From an uncultured Actinomycetota bacterium (lineage in GTDB: Bacteria > Actinomycetota > Actinomycetes > CAVWCF01), in NCBI GenBank assembly GCA_963753435.1, contig CAVWCF010000001.1, positions 416,001 through 480,000 of the forward strand: 64,000 bases of DNA, in the 5' to 3' direction. The notes beneath the pieces were generated by a model that had not been told where the DNA came from, did no database searches, and saw only the letters and a program-made list of their open reading frames with translations. A program made the position numbers and the translations under genes. Positions 61,482-64,000 of the stretch are shown here, one piece after another; positions within the stretch are counted from its first letter, which is position 1; each line of letters begins with the position of its first letter.

Positions 61482-62000
61482 ATGCCGGTCTACGCGTTGG
61501 GCGAACACGAGCCACAGATCCACCCGGATGCGTATGTCCATCCGGACGCGGTCGTGATCGGCCGGGTGAGCTTGGGACCCGACTCAACCGTCTGGCCCGG
61601 CGCCGTCCTGCGCGGCGACTACGGCCGAATCGACGTCGGCTCGCGCACCTCCATCCAGGACGGCACGGTCATCCACGCCACCGAGACCCTGGCCACGACC
61701 ATCGGCGATCGCTGCGTGATCGGACACAACGCTCACCTCGAAGGGTGCGTCGTGGAGGACGACGTCCTGGTCGGCTCCGGATCCGTCCTCCTGCATCGGG
61801 TGATCGCCCGCAGCGGTTGCCTGATCGCCGCCGGCGCCGTAGCCACGCCGGGTACGGAGATCCCTGGTCGCGCGCTAGCCGTCGGCGTCCCCGCCGTCGT
61901 GAAGCCGGACCGAGCTGACCCGGCAGACTTCGCCGGCTCGGTTCAGCGCTACATCGACAACGGCAAGCGGTACGCGACGGAGTTGCGCCGACTCTCCTGA
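61482..62000 (+). CDS. Gamma-carbonic anhydrase family protein
   Basis: Hexapeptide repeats; LRGD, IQDGTVIH, IGHNA.L.GC. Confidence 0.9.
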   Translation: MPVYALGEHEPQIHPDAYVHPDAVVIGRVSLGPDSTVWPGAVLRGDYGRIDVGSRTSIQDGTVIHATETLATTIGDRCVIGHNAHLEGCVVEDDVLVGSGSVLLHRVIARSGCLIAAGAVATPGTEIPGRALAVGVPAVVKPDRADPADFAGSVQRYIDNGKRYATELRRLS

Positions 62001-62054
62001 AGTCCGGGCACGCGACGGATCTGGTCGACCACTGGCCGCTCGGGACCCATCGGC

Positions 62055-62855
62055 TCAGAGCCCGACTTCGGCGATCAGTTCGGCGAAAGCCGGCATCAAC
62101 GCCACCGGGGCGGCGCAGACGAGGGTTGGCGAGCCGTCCACCCGTACCTCAGCGCCGGCCTCGGCCGCGATCAGAGCGCCGGCGGCGTGATCCCACGGCT
62201 GCAGCCCCCGCTCCGCGTAAGCGTCGAGGCGACCGCAGGCCACGGCACACAGATCTGCTGCCGCCGCACCGAACCGCCGGATGTCGCGGACCTGCGGCAA
62301 CAGCTGCGCCACTGCCGCCGCCTGCTCCCCCCGGCGCCCGGAGTCATACGCGAAACCGGTGCCAACCAGGGCGGCGCGCAAATCACTGCAATCAGACACC
62401 TGGATCGCCACACCGTTGCGAAACGCGCCAGCCCCGCGGCGTGCGGAAAACGAATCGCCCCAACTGGGAACCTCGACCGCGCCGGCAACCACGACCCCGT
62501 CGCGCTCCGCAGCCACGGAGACTGCCCAGCCGGGCAAGTCGTACAAGTAATTGACCGTCCCGTCGAGCGGATCGATCACCCAGCGGACCCCGGAGTTGCC
62601 GGAGCGCGATCCCCCCTCCTCGCCCAGGATCGAATCGTTGGGGCGAGCCGCGAGCAGGATGTCGATGAGCAGGCGCTCCGCGGCGGCGTCCATTTGCGTG
62701 ACCACATCCGTGGGGGTGCTCTTGGACTGCACCTGCAAGTGCCGCGGACGGCGCAACAGGAACTGCCCCGCCGCATTAGCCGCATGCTCCGCCAGCGTGA
62801 GCAGGTCGGTGTCCTCGGATTCGAGCCCGTGGACTTCTTCGGGCTCGGCGCTCAC
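62055..62855 (-). CDS. suhB: Inositol monophosphatase family protein
   Basis: GEEG, WVIDPLDGTVNY, WDHAAG; GTG overlaps the hemH stop. Confidence 0.9.
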   Translation of the reverse strand: MSAEPEEVHGLESEDTDLLTLAEHAANAAGQFLLRRPRHLQVQSKSTPTDVVTQMDAAAERLLIDILLAARPNDSILGEEGGSRSGNSGVRWVIDPLDGTVNYLYDLPGWAVSVAAERDGVVVAGAVEVPSWGDSFSARRGAGAFRNGVAIQVSDCSDLRAALVGTGFAYDSGRRGEQAAAVAQLLPQVRDIRRFGAAAADLCAVACGRLDAYAERGLQPWDHAAGALIAAEAGAEVRVDGSPTLVCAAPVALMPAFAELIAEVGL

Positions 62856-63910
62856 GCGGGCGCCTCCGCAACCACCGGCCGCCATTGCCTGGGGTTGGGG
62901 CAACAGCCCGCCGCGCACGCATCCGGTGCCGGGCCCAGGTCGCTGAGGGCGCTGGGTTCGGCGCCGGAGACGCGCTCCGCCACCAGTTCCACCAGTCCGT
63001 CGACGAAGACCGGCGCGACTCCCGGCGTCGCCGCCCGCCGCCACACCAGGCCGGCCTGGGCGGCCGTTTCGGCGGCCTCGGTGTCAAGGTCGTGGACCAC
63101 CTCCATGTGGTCCGAGACGAAGCCAATGGGCACCGAGACGACTGCGGCTACTCCCTCGGCCGGCAACTGAACCAGGCGGTCGTTGATGTCCGGTTCCAGC
63201 CATGGGATCTGAGGCGCTCCAGACCTGGACTGGTAGACGAGTTCGGCCGGCACCGGGCCCCAGCGTTTCGCTACTTGTTCCGCAACCAGGTCACGGACGA
63301 CCTCATGCTGCGCCACATAGGCCCCGCCGTCGGGACCGCTGGCAGCCGCCGCGGCGCTGGGTATTGAGTGCGTGCTGCAGAGCAGTCGCACCTCGCCGGC
63401 CAGGTCGGTGGGCAAGGTCTGGAGTTGTTCGACGGCTGCGTCGGCGAGTGCGGTCACAAAACCGGGGTGATCGAAGTAAGCGCGAACCTTGTCGATGCGC
63501 GGGCATTCCGCGCCTACCTCGGCCGCTGCAGCAGCCAGGTTCTCCCGGTACTGCCGACAACCGCTGTACGAGGAATATGCCGCAGTGACCACCGCCAGCG
63601 CGTGGCGCACCCCGTCGTCGGCCATCCGCCGCAACGTCGGCGCCAGGAACGGCTCGGAGTTGCGGTTTCCCCAGTACACCGGCAATGGCATCCCCGCCGC
63701 ACCAAGGCGGTCAGCCAACGCGTCCCGCAGGGCCCGGTTCTGGGCGTTGATCGGGCTCACACCACCAACCGCGTAGTAGTGCTCCGCCACGGCCGCAAGC
63801 CGATCATCCGGAACGCCGCGACCCGCGGTCACGCGGCGCAGGAAGGGCATCACCTCGTCCATGGACTCCGGCCCCCCGAAGGAGACGAGCAGCACCGCAT
63901 CTATTGCCAT
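62852..63910 (-). CDS. hemH: Ferrochelatase (coproporphyrin ferrochelatase, CpfC)
   Basis: SFGGPE, GGVSPIN, QSRSG...WLEPD, GFVSDHMEV; C-terminal Cys cluster. Confidence 0.94.
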   Translation of the reverse strand: MAIDAVLLVSFGGPESMDEVMPFLRRVTAGRGVPDDRLAAVAEHYYAVGGVSPINAQNRALRDALADRLGAAGMPLPVYWGNRNSEPFLAPTLRRMADDGVRHALAVVTAAYSSYSGCRQYRENLAAAAAEVGAECPRIDKVRAYFDHPGFVTALADAAVEQLQTLPTDLAGEVRLLCSTHSIPSAAAAASGPDGGAYVAQHEVVRDLVAEQVAKRWGPVPAELVYQSRSGAPQIPWLEPDINDRLVQLPAEGVAAVVSVPIGFVSDHMEVVHDLDTEAAETAAQAGLVWRRAATPGVAPVFVDGLVELVAERVSGAEPSALSDLGPAPDACAAGCCPNPRQWRPVVAEAPA

Positions 63911-63948
63911 GGTGCCGATCCTGGCATCAGCGCGGCTAGCCTGCGCTC

Positions 63949-64000
63949 GTGGCGAGCCCGTACTTGCGGGTGCTCCGCATTCCCGGCGCCTTGGCCTTCT
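63949..64000 (+). CDS. Start of a probable MFS transporter (partial)
   Basis: GTG...ASPYLRVLRIPGALAF; TAGCCT -10 six nt upstream; usual neighbour of hemH in actinomycetes. Confidence 0.55.
   Translation, partial: MASPYLRVLRIPGALAF

Overview
A high-GC actinomycete (Actinomycetota) chromosomal window, mostly core genes in Streptomyces/Mycobacterium-like order. Left part: PIM synthesis (pimA, patA, pgsA), EF-G2, HIT, thrS, tRNA-Val(CAC), ssgB, PabB/PabC-like genes and a tRNA-Gly/Cys/Val cluster. A ~2.4 kb accessory islet follows the tRNAs, with integrase arm-like repeats and a TfoX remnant. Next come an oleA/oleBC/oleD olefin cluster (oleD frameshifted) and a sulfate-assimilation/siroheme operon preceded by an unannotated Cys-containing leader peptide. 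The right part holds LigC and Prim-PolC, msrB, coproporphyrin-dependent heme genes, a whiI orthologue with a sigma-WhiG-type promoter, rnd, beta-oxidation genes, dxs, acnA (perfect 18-bp operator upstream), an APC permease with two TrkA proteins, dut, suhB and hemH. The strongest hunt signals are (1) the leader-peptide attenuator of the cys operon, (2) a set of developmental regulators and cis-sites (ssgB, whiI with a WhiG promoter, a BldC-like HTH with a SigF/SigB-type promoter, a BldD-like box) and (3) a histone-like basic orphan protein behind tRNA-Val. Two single-base insertions may be assembly errors. All family assignments come from manual motif and synteny recognition; no searches were run.
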